Part shown: positions 1 to 10,624 of the stretch, piece by piece | Numbering within the stretch: position 1 is the first letter of the stretch | Layout of the letters: every line of letters begins with the position of its first letter | Source of the DNA: an uncultured delta proteobacterium | Lineage (GTDB): Bacteria; Myxococcota_A; UBA9160; UBA4427 | DNA: 64,000 nucleotides | Direction: 5' to 3' | Assembly (NCBI GenBank): GCA_963822965.1 | Contig: CAWGJT010000010.1 | Location: 544,001-608,000 of the forward strand | Program-made: the position numbers and the translations under genes | Notes under the pieces: generated by a model | Seen by the model: the letters and a program-made list of their open reading frames with translations, nothing else | Told to the model about the DNA's origin: nothing | Databases searched by the model: none

Positions 1-1192
1 TGTGCATCGAGGCGGGCAAGCCGATCCGCGATTCGCCGCGGCGAGGTGACGCCGCTTGATCGACACCTTTCGGGTGGCCGCCGAGGAGTCGGTCCGGATC
101 ACCGGCGAGGTGCTGCCCCTCGACATCTCGCCCCGGGCGCGGGGCTACTCGGGCATGTGGAAGCGGGTGCCGATCGGCCCCTGCTCGTTCATCGCGCCCT
201 TCAACTTCCCCCTGAACCTGGCCGCCCACAAGGTGGCGCCGGCGCTGGCCGTCGGCTGCCCCTTCGTGCTGAAGCCCGCGAGCCTGACGCCCATCGGCGC
301 GCTGGTGATCGGCGAGGTGCTGGCGGAGACCGACCTGCCGGAAGGCGCCTTCTCGATCCTGCCCTGCCGGCGCGACGGCGCGCGCCTGTTCACCGAGGAC
401 GACCGCCTGAAGCTGCTCTCGTTCACGGGCTCGCCGGCGGTGGGCTGGGACCTGAAGCGCCGGGCGGGCCGCAAGCCCGTGGTGCTGGAGCTCGGCGGCA
501 ACGCGGCGGTCGTGGTGGACGAGGACGCGGATCTCGACGACGCCGTCGACCGCATCGTGTTCGGCGCGTTCTACCAGAGCGGGCAGAGCTGCATCGGCGT
601 GCAGCGCATCCTGGCGCACGAGGCGATCTACGACGATCTCGCGCGAGAAGCTGGTGGCCCGGACCGCCGCGCTGCGCATGGGCGACCCGCGCGACGAGGA
701 GACCTTCATCGGGCCGATGATCTCCGCAAGGCGAGGCCGAGCGCCTGCACGGCTGGATCGAGTCGGCGGTGGCGCCGGGGCGCGAAGCTCCTGTGCGGCG
801 GGCAGCGCGACGGGGCCATGCTGGAGGCGACCCTGCTCGAGGACGTGCCCTCGTCGGAGAAGGTGGTGTGCGAGGAGGCCTTCGGCCCCGTGGCGGTGCT
901 CTCGCGCTTCCGCGACTTCGACGACGCCCTGGCGCGGGTGAACGACTCGGTCTTCGGCCTGCAGGCGGGGATCTTCACCCGCGACCTGTACAAGATGCAG
1001 CGCGCCTGGGACGTGCTCGAGGTGGGCGGCGTCGTGATCGGGGACGTGCCGTCCTGGCGCGTGGACCACATGCCCTACGGCGGCGTCAAGGAGAGCGGCC
1101 TCGGCCGTGAGGGCATCCGCTTCGCGATGGAGGACATGAGCGAGATCCGGCTGCTCGTGATCCGAACCCCGCCGGACTCGCGTTCCGCGTGA
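1..1192 (+). CDS. Aldehyde dehydrogenase family protein (5' truncated by window edge; apparent frameshifts near 650-780)
   Basis: Motifs PFNFP, LKPA, FTGS, LELGGN, catalytic GQSC, EEAFGP and PYGGVKESG; a middle segment lies in another frame (ORF 654-941). Confidence 0.9.
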
Positions 1193-1236
1193 TCCTCCGC
1201 GCGTCGACACCGGGCGCCCGCAGCGAGGCGCCCACC

Positions 1237-1380
1237 TGAATCCATGACCGGTAGGAGCGCTGAATCCATGCCCGGCAAGAGCGACCGATTCGGGCCCGGC
1301 AAGAGCGACCGATTCGGGCCCGGCCAGAGCGACTACATCATGCCCGGCAAGAGCGACTACATCACGCCCGAGGGATTCCG
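1237..1380 (+). repeat. Tandem array of about six diverging 24-bp units over the greB 5' end
   Basis: Units start at 1237, 1261, 1285, 1309, 1333 and 1357, e.g. ccgattcgggcccggcaagagcga. Confidence 0.85.
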
Positions 1381-1825
1381 GAAGCTGCGGGACGAGCTCG
1401 ACGTGCTGTGGCGCGTCGAGCGTCCGAAGGTGACCGAGGCGGTCGCGAAGGCCGCCGCCCTGGGCGACCGCAGCGAGAACGCGGACTACATCTACGGCAA
1501 GAAGCGGCTGCGTGAGATCGACCGGCGCGTGCACTTCCTGCGCAAGCGCCTCGACGAGCTGGTCGTCGTCGACCGCCCCCCCGACCGTCCGGGCAAGGTG
1601 TTCTTCGGGGCCTGGGTAAGCCTGGAGGACGAGGAGGGCGAGGAACGCAGCTACCGCATCGTCGGTCCCGACGAGTTCGATCCCGACACCGGCGCGATCA
1701 GCATGGATTCGCCGCTGGGCCGGGCCCTGCTGGGCCGCTCGGTGGGGGACGAGGTGCAGGTGCGGCGGCCCCGGGGCGCGGCGGTCTTCCGGGTGCTCGC
1801 GATCCGCTACGCGCAGGGCGGTTGA
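1244..1825 (+). CDS. greB: Transcription elongation factor GreB (family-typical start probably ATG 1340)
   Basis: YITPEG..L..EL, AALGDRSENADYIYGKKRLREIDRR, VFFGAWV and ISMDSPLGRAL. Confidence 0.92.
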   Translation: MTGRSAESMPGKSDRFGPGKSDRFGPGQSDYIMPGKSDYITPEGFRKLRDELDVLWRVERPKVTEAVAKAAALGDRSENADYIYGKKRLREIDRRVHFLRKRLDELVVVDRPPDRPGKVFFGAWVSLEDEEGEERSYRIVGPDEFDPDTGAISMDSPLGRALLGRSVGDEVQVRRPRGAAVFRVLAIRYAQGG

Positions 1826-2469
1826 CGGCGGTGCGGCGACGCGATCGGCTGCGCGCGCCCGAGGGCCTCTGGATCTTCGGCTACGGCTCCCTCGTCTGGC
1901 GCCCCGCGTTTCCCCACCGGCTGCGGAGGCCCGCCTGGATTCCCGGCTTCCGCCGCCGCTTCTGGCAGGGATCCACCGACCACCGCGGCGTGCCGGGTGC
2001 GCCGGGCCGGGTCGTCACCCTCGAGCGGGACGAGGGCGCCGGCGGCGCGCGCTGCTGGGGCATGGCCTATCACGTCGAGGCCCGGGACGTGGACGGCGTC
2101 CTCGCCGGTCTCGATCACCGGGAGCAGGGCGGCTACGAGCGCTTCGAGGCCCGGCTCCACTTCCAGCCGGCAACCGCCGGAGAGGCGGACGCGTCCGGCT
2201 CGGCGGACGACCCGCCGTGCCGCGCCCTGCTGTACGTGGCGACGCCGGAGAACCCGAACTATCTGGGTCCCGCCCCGCTCGACACCATCGCGAGGCAGGT
2301 GCTCGTCTCCCGCGGGCCGAGCGGCGACAACGTGGAGTACGTGCTGCGGCTCGCGGAGACCCTGCTGGAGATCCGTCCCGGCCTGGGGCCCGACGAGGAG
2401 GACGTGCTGGTCCTGGCCGAGCGGGTGCGCGCCCTGGTCGGACGGGCCGGCCGGGGAATGGGCCCGTGA
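1822..2469 (+). CDS. chaC: ChaC-family glutathione-specific gamma-glutamylcyclotransferase
   Basis: LWIFGYGSLVW, RRFWQGSTDHRG.PG.PGRVVTL, LDHRE and GPSGDN.EY. Confidence 0.88.
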   Translation: MTAVRRRDRLRAPEGLWIFGYGSLVWRPAFPHRLRRPAWIPGFRRRFWQGSTDHRGVPGAPGRVVTLERDEGAGGARCWGMAYHVEARDVDGVLAGLDHREQGGYERFEARLHFQPATAGEADASGSADDPPCRALLYVATPENPNYLGPAPLDTIARQVLVSRGPSGDNVEYVLRLAETLLEIRPGLGPDEEDVLVLAERVRALVGRAGRGMGP

Positions 2470-3329
2470 TCGAGCTCCACGAGCTGACCAAGGTCTACGG
2501 CGACCGCACCGTGGTCGACCGGGTGAGCCTCGAGGTGCCGGCCGGGGAGCTGCTGGTGCTGCTCGGAAGCTCGGGCTCCGGCAAGACCACCACCCTCAAG
2601 ATGATCAACCGGCTGATCGAGCCGACCGCGGGCTCCGTCCGCATCGCCGGCGAGGACACGCGCGGGCTTCCGGGGCACGAGCTGCGGCGTCGCATCGGCT
2701 ACGGGTTCCAGCAGGTCGGGCTCTTTCCGCACCTCACCGTGGCCGAGAACGTGGGCGTGACGCCGAGCCTGCTCGGCTGGGATCGTGCGCGCATCGACGC
2801 GCGGGTGGACCGGCTGCTGACCCTGGTGCAGCTCGACCCCGCGGCGTTCCGCGACCGTGAGCCCGCCGGGCTCTCGGGGGGCGAGCAGCAGCGGGTCGGC
2901 ATCGCCCGGGCGCTGGCGGCCGAGCCCGAGGTGATGCTGCTCGACGAGCCGTTCGGCGCCCTCGATCCGCTGACCCGCGACCACCTGCAGCAGTCGCTCC
3001 AGCGCATCCGCCGCGAGCTGGCCCTCACGGTCGTCTTCGTCACCCACGACATGGTGGAGGCGCTGCTCCTCGGCGACCGCATCGCCGTGCTGCGCGACGG
3101 CGCGCTGGTGCAGATCGGAACGCCGGCGGAGCTGCTGGCCCGGCCCACCGACGCCGGCGTCGCGGAGCTGATGGAGACGCCGCGGCGGCAGGCGCGGGTG
3201 GTGGACGGCCTGCTCGGCGCCGCCGCGGACGCAGGGGGTGCCGGAGACCGGAGACACCGGTGGCTGAGCAGCTCGCGCTCCTGCCCGGATACCTCACGTC
3301 ACACCTGCAGCTCTCCCTCTCGGCGCTGA
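2466..3329 (+). CDS. Osmoprotectant (glycine betaine/choline) ABC transporter ATP-binding subunit
   Basis: Walker A GSSGSGKT, KMINRLIEPT, signature LSGGEQQR, LLDEPFGALD and VTHD; GTG overlaps the chaC stop. Confidence 0.88.
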   Translation: MIELHELTKVYGDRTVVDRVSLEVPAGELLVLLGSSGSGKTTTLKMINRLIEPTAGSVRIAGEDTRGLPGHELRRRIGYGFQQVGLFPHLTVAENVGVTPSLLGWDRARIDARVDRLLTLVQLDPAAFRDREPAGLSGGEQQRVGIARALAAEPEVMLLDEPFGALDPLTRDHLQQSLQRIRRELALTVVFVTHDMVEALLLGDRIAVLRDGALVQIGTPAELLARPTDAGVAELMETPRRQARVVDGLLGAAADAGGAGDRRHRWLSSSRSCPDTSRHTCSSPSRR

Positions 3330-4861
3330 TCCTGGGGGTGGCCTTCAGCGTGCCGATCGGGGTGTGGGTCAGCCGGAACGCGCGCTTCGAGAGCCGGTGC
3401 TCGGGGTGGCGAGCGTGCTGCAGACGGTGCCGAGCCTGGCCCTGCTGGCCCTGATGGTGCCGGTCGCTGGCCGGGCTGGGTGCGCTGCTCGCGGGGCTTC
3501 ACGTGGAGCTGCGCAGCATCGGCTTCCTGCCGGCGGTGACGGCGCTGACCCTCTACAGCGTGCTCCCGATCCTGCGCAACACGGTCACCGGGCATCACCG
3601 GGGTCGACGCCGCCCTGGTCGAGGCGGCGCGCGGCGTGGGGATGACCGAGCGCCAGCGCCTGCTCCGCGTGCGAGCTGCCGCTGGCGCTGCCGGTGATCG
3701 TCGCGGGCGTCCGCACCGCCACGGTCTGGGTGGTGGGGACCGCCACCCTCGCCACGCCCGTCGGCGCCGAGAGCCTCGGCAACTACATCTTCAGCGGGCT
3801 GCAGACGCGCAACTTCACCGCCGTGCTGGTGGGCAGCGTCGCGGCGGCCGCGCTCGCGATCGCGCTGGACGGCCTGGTCCGGCTGCTCGAGAGCGGCTTC
3901 TCGCGAGCGCGACCGCCTGCGGATCGGCGTGGCCGGCGGGCTGCTCGCGGCGCTGTGCGTGCTACGCCGGGGGCGCCTTCGCTCGCGTCGGCGACCGCGG
4001 TCCGGCGAGCGCGTCCCGATCACGGTCGGCGCGAAGACCTTCACCGAGCAGTACATCCTGTCGGAGATCCTGGCCGGCAGGTCGAGCGCGAGACCGGCCG
4101 GGCGACCCGGGTCGTCCAGTCCCTGGGCTCCACGGTGGCGTTCGACGCCCTGCGCAGCGGCGAGATCGACGTCTACGTCGACTACTCGGGCACGATCTGG
4201 GCCACGATCATGAAGCGCAGCAGAGCTTCCCGAGGACCGCGCGCGAGGTGCTCGCGGGGGTCGCCGACTTCGTGCGCGGACCGCTACGGCATGCAGCTCG
4301 TCGGCGCGCTCGGCTTCGAGAACACCTACGCGCTCGCCATGCGCGCGCGAGCGACGCGCGCGAGCGCTGGGCATCGCGACGATCTCCCAGCTCGCCCCAC
4401 GGTCGCCGGAGCTCGAGATCGGCGGCGACTACGAGTTCTTCGTGCGGGCCGAGTGGCAGGCGCTGCGAGGAGGCCTACGGCCTGCGCTTCCGCGCCCAGC
4501 GCGCCATGGACTCGGCGCTCATGTACCAGGCGGTCGCCGCCGGCGAGGTGGACGTCATCAGCGCCTACTCGACGGACGGCCGCATCGCCGCGCTGGACCT
4601 CGTGCTGCTGGACGGACGACCGCGGCGTGATCCCGCCCTACGACGCGATCGTGCTGGCGCGCGCCCGGGCTGGCGGAGGAGTGCGCCCGACGTCGTCGCC
4701 GCCCTGCAGGCGCTCTCGGGGCGGATCGACGAGGACCGATGCAGGCGCTGAACCACGCCGTGGACGAGCAGGGACAGGCGGCCGGGGCCGTGGCGCGGGA
4801 CTTCGTCGACGGGACGCTGAGGGGCGGCGCGCGCCCGGAGCCGGGTGGCGACGCGCCCTGA
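3260..4861 (+). CDS. Fused osmoprotectant ABC permease/substrate-binding protein (multiple apparent frameshifts)
   Basis: Fragments across frames: LQTVPSLALL, YSVLPILRNT, GTATLATPVG..SLGNYIFSG, GAKTFTEQYIL, DVYVDYSGT, LGFENTYA, AYSTDGRI and IPPYDA. Confidence 0.82.
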
Positions 4862-4930
4862 GGCGCGCCGCCGCAGCGCTACCTGAACCGGCTTCAAGGA
4901 CGAGCGGGGGCACGGACGATGTAGCGGGAC

Positions 4931-5893
4931 ATGGTTCTCGATCTCGTCGCCTTCGGCATCCTCGGGTTCTTCGTCTTGATGGGCGCCCTGCGCGGCGGCA
5001 TCGCCAGCCTGGTGAGCCTGGTCACCCTGCTGCTCTCCTATGCGCCGCGGTGTGGGCCGCGGGCCGCTTCGGCGAGGCGGTCTCCCGCGAGCTCGCGGTG
5101 TCGTCGCTGCTCGGCCCCGCGATCGCGGGCACCGCGGGCTTCCTCGCCGCCGGCGTTGGTCCTCGGTGGGCTGGGCTTCGGGGTGCGGCGCTGGGCCGAA
5201 GGCCTGCGCGGGGACTCGCGCATGAGCGCCGTGAACCGCTGGCTCGGCGGCTTCTTCGGCGCCGATGCGCGGCGTGCTCGTCGTGCTGCTCGTCTCGTGG
5301 CTCGTGATCTGGCTGGACGCGGCGCGCCAGACCGGCGCCTTCGAGGGGCTGGACGCGGTGCCGGACATCCGCCTCTCGTCTGCCGCGAAGGTCACGCAGA
5401 AGGTGGTCGAGGGCGCCGTCGGCGCCGCGCTGGGCGACGAGGATCCCGCGAGCGACGTGGTGGCGCGGCTGGCCTCGCGCCCGGGACCGGCGGTCAAGGG
5501 CCTGCAGGCCATCCTGGCGGATCGGCGCGTCGAGGATCTGCAGCGCGACGGCTTCTTCTGGACCCTGGTGGAGAACGGCGCCTACGACCGGGCCATGAGC
5601 CGGCAGAGCTTCCAGGCCATCGCCCGCAGCGACGACCTGCGCGCGCGATTCGCCGAGGTCGGGTGTGATCGACGCCGACGCCGCGGCGGATCCGGACCTC
5701 TTCCGCGAGCGCTTCGCGGTCGTGCTGGCGGAGGTCGGCCCCCGGGTGAAGGACCTGATGGACGATCCCGACCTCGCGCGCCTCGCGCAGGACCCCGAGA
5801 TCACGCGATGCTCGAATCGGGCGACACCATCGGTCTGTTCCGGCACGAGGGGATGCAGCGCCTGGTCGCGAAGGTGTCGAGTCGGCAGCCTGA
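4931..5893 (+). CDS. CvpA (colicin V production) family membrane protein with C-terminal extension; frameshifted, 3' end approximate
   Basis: MVLDLVAFGILGFFVLMGALRGGI and VNRWLGGFFGA.RG fit the CvpA pattern; continues in ORFs 5265 and 5665. Confidence 0.65.
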
Positions 5894-6695
5894 CCGCGGC
5901 CCCGGCGGCGCCCGGACCCTGCGAGCTGGGGCGGGCGTCGAGGGGTGCCGCCCGGCGCCGGCGCTTCTTCGCCAGCCGGACGCCGGCAGCCGCCCGGGCT
6001 GCGGGCCGACGAAGCCCGGCCAGCTCTTGCTTCCCGGGGTGACGAGACCCGCGGACATGATCACCTTGAAGGCGTCTTCGACGGTGATGTCCACCTCGTG
6101 GATCTCGTCCTCGGAGCGCCAGCAGGTAGAAGCCCGACGTGGGGTTCGGCGTGGTGGGCACGAAGCAGTTGACGAGCCGCTGGCCGGGCAGCGCCTCGTC
6201 GACGGGGCCGCGCGCCACCCCAGTGGTGAACGCCAGGGCCCAGAGCCCCTTGCGCGGGTACTCGATCAGCACCACGCGGTTGAAGTTCGTATCGCCGGTC
6301 TGGAGCACCGCCTCGAACAGCTGCTTCACGCCGCCGTAGATCGTCCGGGCGACGGGAACCCGCAGCAGCATGCGCTCCCCCACACGCACCAGCTCGTGGC
6401 CGAAGAAGTGACGCACGATGACGCCCGCGAGCAGGATCACGAGGAACGTGAAGATCGCGCCCACGAAGGGCGGCAGGTCCGGCGGATGGTCGAGGCCGGG
6501 CGAGACCCAGCTGATCACGCGCGGCAGCAGCAGGTTGTCGAGACGGGTGACGATCCAGCCGAGGGCCCAGAGCGTGATGCCGATGGGCGCGAAGGCCAGC
6601 AGGCCCGCCACGAAGTAGAGGCGCGTGACGCGGACCAGGCTCCGGCCGAGCCGGGCGAGCATCGCGACCAGGCTCTTCCAGAGACGCATCAGCAT
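5801..6695 (-). CDS. DUF502 family membrane protein (frameshift near 6110; 3' end uncertain)
   Basis: FVAGLL..PIGIT, VP.ARTIY..VKQ, VLIEYPRKG, FVPTTPNPTSG and DITVEDAFKVIMSAG. Confidence 0.85.
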
Positions 6696-6807
6696 CGGGG
6701 TTCGCGCACCTGTCGACTCGCCCGATCCGGCCGATCGGCGCGGCTCGTCCGCCTCATCCGAGGCGGCGCAGGGCTGATCGCGCGCGTCGCGATCTCGTCA
6801 TGACGTC

Positions 6808-6863
6808 CGCAACGCATCCGCAACCGCAGCGCAAGCATTCGCAAGCCGCAAGCATTCGCAAGC
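6808..6863. repeat. 17-bp direct repeats cgcaagcattcgcaagc (two exact copies, one degenerate)
   Basis: Exact copies at 6830-6846 and 6847-6863; degenerate copy at 6808-6824. Confidence 0.8.
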
Positions 6864-6901
6864 GAAGGCGCCTGGCTCCGGCGCGCTCGCGTCCGGGCCG
6901 T

Positions 6902-7051
6902 TCAGAAGAGCGGCGTGTCCCCGTCACCGGAGTCGGGAGCGTAGGAGGAGATCTCGCAGTCGAGCGAGATCCACTCCACGGTCGGCGGCTCCCAGAGCGA
7001 GGGAGAGTGCGAGGGGGAAGCGGCGTCGCGGGATTCGGGGTTCTGGTTCAT
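6902..7051 (-). CDS. Small PqqA-like (RiPP precursor-like) peptide, 49 aa
   Basis: Manual translation MNQNPESRDAASPSHSPSLWEPPTVEWISLDCEISSYAPDSGDGDTPLF*; W-x-x-P followed by E-x-x-x-Y as in PqqA; shorter than anything in the ORF track. Confidence 0.7.
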   Translation of the reverse strand: MNQNPESRDAASPSHSPSLWEPPTVEWISLDCEISSYAPDSGDGDTPLF

Positions 7052-7084
7052 GGCGCACAGGTATAGCAGCTCCCGTCCGGGCGG

Positions 7085-8113
7085 TCAGCGGAGCAGCACG
7101 TCGCACGCAAATCGGACGCGGCGGACCAGGCGCCCGAGGGCGTTGTGGTGGATGTTCCGGCGCAGCCGGGTCACCAGCTTCCGCTCCAGGCTGTAGCGGG
7201 TCAGGGCGGCGCGCGCCGGGTCGGGGGCCCGCCGGGTCGATGGCGGCCAGCTCGAGCTCGATCTCCCGGCGCGTATAGCCCCAGGTCGCCAGGTCCTCGT
7301 CGCCCAGGGCAGCCAGGATGCGCTGGTACTGGGCGATCTTCTCGGGCGCGCCCCGCAGCTCCTGGGCCCACTTCCCCAGGGAGGCCGTGGTGGGGCGGGT
7401 CTGCCGGGCGACGGTCATCGGGTCGCCCAGCCCGCGCGCGCTCTGCTTGGCGCCTTCTCCGTCCGGTCCCCGGGGCTTGCCGTAGTCGATCATGTCCGGC
7501 TCGAAGGCCACGCCGGCGAACTCGCAAAGGCGCGCCACCTCGTTCTCGGGGTCGCCCACCAGCGTCCTCGTAGCGGACGTGGCGGATCGGGACCGGCGCT
7601 TCGCGCAGGAAGCGCGCGATGGCCGGCACGTAGCGCTCGAGCAGGGGCTGGTGGCGGTGGGCGGCCTCGGGGTCGCCGTCGAAGAACGACTCCACGTACG
7701 AGGACCAGACCGCCATGGGGTGGCGGGTCAGCACGAGGTAGCGGGCATTCGGGTAGAGCTTCGCGACGAAGTCGAGCACGAGCGCGTAGGCCGGCGTCTT
7801 GTCGAGCAGCAGCCGCCGTCCGCTCGGCGCGAGCAGCTGCGCCGTAGAGGCTGTCGGTGCAGGCGCGCAGGGCGGCGAGGAAGCCGGCCTCGCCGTCGGG
7901 CAGGGCCTTCACCAGCTCCTGCATGGCCAGCTGCGTGATGATCGGGTCGTAGGGGGCCTGGTCGACCCGCGCGTAGTAGCCGAGGTGCGCGAGGGGCGTG
8001 AGCAGGTGGGGCTCGTCGGGCGCGTGGATGGCGCTGTGGCTCCCGAGCATGCGGGTGAGCAGCGTCGAGCCCGAGCGGGGCGGCCCGATCAGGAAGAGCA
8101 GCTTGTCCTGCAA
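7085..8113 (-). CDS. PAPS-dependent sulfotransferase (Sulfotransfer_3/TPST-like); frameshifted
   Basis: 5'-PSB loop [23 protein letters not shown], 3'-PB LTRHP.AV.SS and VRYED..GDPE.E..RLCEF. Confidence 0.85.
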
Positions 8114-8146
8114 CGGATCTCTCCTTCGGAGCGCGGGGCTCGGGGC

Positions 8147-9517
8147 TCAGGACTCGAGGCCGTGGCTGTCGGCGACGCCGGCGTAGAAGCGCGCGGAGTC
8201 GCTTCAGGGTGCGCTCGCCGGTGGCGAAGTCGACCCAGCACAGGCCGAAGCGCTCGCGCGTAGCCCTGCGTCCCACTCGAAGTTGTCGAGCAGGCTCCAG
8301 GCGTGGTAGCCGCGCACGTCGGCACCGTCGCCGATCGCCCGGGCCGTGGCCGCCAGGTGGCCCGCGCAGATAGTCGACCCGCCGGTCGTCGTCGATCGCG
8401 CCGTCGCTCGTCGGGTCCGTCGGCGTAGGAGCAGCCGTTCTCGGTGATCTCGAGGACCGGGCGGTCGTAGTCGCGGGTGAGGCGCATCAGCATGTCGTAC
8501 AGGGCGTCGGGCCAGACCTCCCAGCCCGCGTCGGTCTGCGGCCCCTGGTCGAGGCCCATCGGGCGCACGGGCAGGGCGCCGACGCGAAGGGATCGTCCTC
8601 GCGGGCCTGGACGCCGACCCGCATGTAGAGGTTGATGCCGATGAAGTCGAGGGGCGCGCGCAGGCGCTCGACGTCTCCCGTCCCGGATGCCCATGGCTCG
8701 CGCGGGCAGGCCGTCGGCGTGGACCGCGGGATAGCCGCCGGCCGAGGGCCGGATCGAGGAACCAGGCGTTCGTGATGCCGTGCCAGCGCTCGGCGGCGGC
8801 CGCGATCCGCCTCCGTGTCGCCGCATGGGTACGCACGGCGAGAACGCGAAGGCCGAGCCGATGCGGGCGCCGCCCGCGGCGGCGCGCATCGCCTGGAAGG
8901 CCCGGGCCTGGGCGAGGTTCACGACGTGGCTCGCCGGCAGCCAGGTGTCGAGACCCGCGCCGGCCCGGGCGCGTGGACGCCCGGCCAGGTAGCCCATGGC
9001 CAGGAAGACGCTCGGCTCGTTCAGGATCATCCAGTCCGAGACGCGGTCGCCGAGGGCGCGCACCACGATCTCCGCGTAGTCGGCGAAGCGCCCGGCGGTG
9101 TCGCGTGCGGTCCAGCCGCCCGCGTCCTCGAGCGCCTGGGGCAGGTCCCAGTGGTAGAGGGTGGGGAAGCGGTCGGATGCCCGCCGTCCAGCAGGGCGTC
9201 CACCAGGCGCCGGTAGTAGTCGAGGCCCTTCGGGTTCGCCGCGCCGCGTCCCGTCGGGCTGGATGCGCGGCCAGGCGATCGAGAAGCGGTAGCTGGTGAG
9301 GTTCATCTCGCGCAGCAGCGCGACGTCCTCGTCGAAGCGGTGGTAGGAGTCGCAGGCGACGTCGCCGGTGTCGCCGTCCTTGACCCGTCCCGGCGTGTGG
9401 CTGAAGCGGTCCCAGATCGACTCGCCCTTGCCGTCCTCGCTGCCACGCGCCCTCGATCTGGTAGGCGGCGGTGGCCGCGCCCCAGTGGAAGCCCTGCGGA
9501 AACCGGATGTGCGCCAT
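8147..9517 (-). CDS. GH1 beta-glucosidase (multiple apparent frameshifts)
   Basis: [33 protein letters not shown], catalytic LNEP and ITENG, and WSLLDNFEW. Confidence 0.92.
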
Positions 9518-9667
9518 GGCGCGCGAGGATACCGCGCTCGCGCGGCCGGGCCGGAGGTCGGGGGGTATCCTTCCCGGCCGGAGACTGCACCCACCTGTGG
9601 GGCCCGCGGCGCCGGATGCCGCAGCGCGAGGGACCGGGGACGCCGGCGAGCGCAAAGGGAGCCGGAT

Positions 9668-10624
9668 TGTCCGGGAAGATCGAAAGCGAGGCGCGCCGGA
9701 GGGGATCGCGCGAGCGCCGAGCGGAGGCGAGCCGCTGCGGCCGGGCGCCGGCGCGGCGCCGGGCCGGAGCTGGCTCTCCGGCGGCGCCTACGAGTGGCTC
9801 TGGCTGGCCGGGGTGGCGGTGGTCTTCGCGCCCTCGCTGCTCTCGATGTCGCGGGTCTGGTCGAACGTCGAGTACGCGTCCCACGGCTTCCTGGTGCCCC
9901 GTGGCGCTGTGGGCGGCCAGCGCCGGCGGTCGTGCTGCGCCGGCTGCCCCGGGGCCGGGACGTGCGCGGACTCTGGCGCTGCTGGCGCTGGCGTTCGCGC
10001 TGCGGCGTCGTCGGAGTCGGCACGGGGCTGGTGATGTTCGAGGGGCTGGGCGTGGTGCTCGCCGTGGCGGGCCTGCTCCTCTATCTCCGGGGCGCCGCCT
10101 GGCTGCGCGCGCTCTCGTTCGCCGTCGCCTACCTGCTGTTCATGGTGCCCCTGCCCGAGGCGATCCTGACGCCGATGATCGTCCGGCTCCAGCTCTTCGT
10201 GAGCTCGGTGGGCGTGGACCTGCTGCAGCTCGCGGGGGTTCCGGTATTCCGCAACGGCAACGTCATCGAGCTGCCCGGCGGCGCGAGCCTGTTCGTCGCG
10301 GAGGCCTGCAGCGGCATCACCTCCGTGGTGACCCTGCTGCCCCTGGGCGTCTTCCTCGCCTACTTCACCCAGCGGACCTGGCCGCGGCGCGCGGTGCTGG
10401 TGGCGGCGGTGGTCCCGCTCGCCATGCTCGGGAATCTCGTGCGGGTGGTGGGCACGGTGCTGGCCGCGCGCGCGTACGGCGTCGAGGCGGCCACCGCCGA
10501 CGGGGTGCACGAGTGGGCGGGCGTGCTCACCTACGTGCTCGGCTGCCTGGCCCTGCTCGGCGTGGGGCGGCTGATGCGGCTGCTGGTGCCGCCCCGCGGC
10601 CCGGCGAACGCCTCCGCCGCGTGA
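9668..10624 (+). CDS. Exosortase/archaeosortase-family transpeptidase (start uncertain; frameshifted)
   Basis: W...[18 protein letters not shown], catalytic [12 protein letters not shown] and VHEWAG; multi-pass hydrophobic. Confidence 0.85.
   Translation, partial: CPGRSKARRAGGDRASAERRRAAAAGRRRGAGPELALRRRLRVALAGRGGGGLRALAALDVAGLVERRVRVPRLPGAPWRCGRPAPAVVLRRLPRGRDVRGLWRCWRWRSRCGVVGVGTGLVMFEGLGVVLAVAGLLLYLRGAAWLRALSFAVAYLLFMVPLPEAILTPMIVRLQLFVSSVGVDLLQLAGVPVFRNGNVIELPGGASLFVAEACSGITSVVTLLPLGVFLAYFTQRTWPRRAVLVAAVVPLAMLGNLVRVVGTVLAARAYGVEAATADGVHEWAGVLTYVLGCLALLGVGRLMRLLVPPRGPANASAA

Noticed and set aside
1237..1380. CRISPR-like repeat
   Set aside because: Contiguous in-frame 24-bp tandem units without spacers.
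3260..4861. Permease-SBP fusion as a novelty
   Set aside because: Fused permease/substrate-binding subunits are common in osmoprotectant ABC transporters.
6800..7066. Plus-strand 88-aa ORF
   Set aside because: It is the antisense shadow of the minus-strand PqqA-like peptide and has atypical codon usage.
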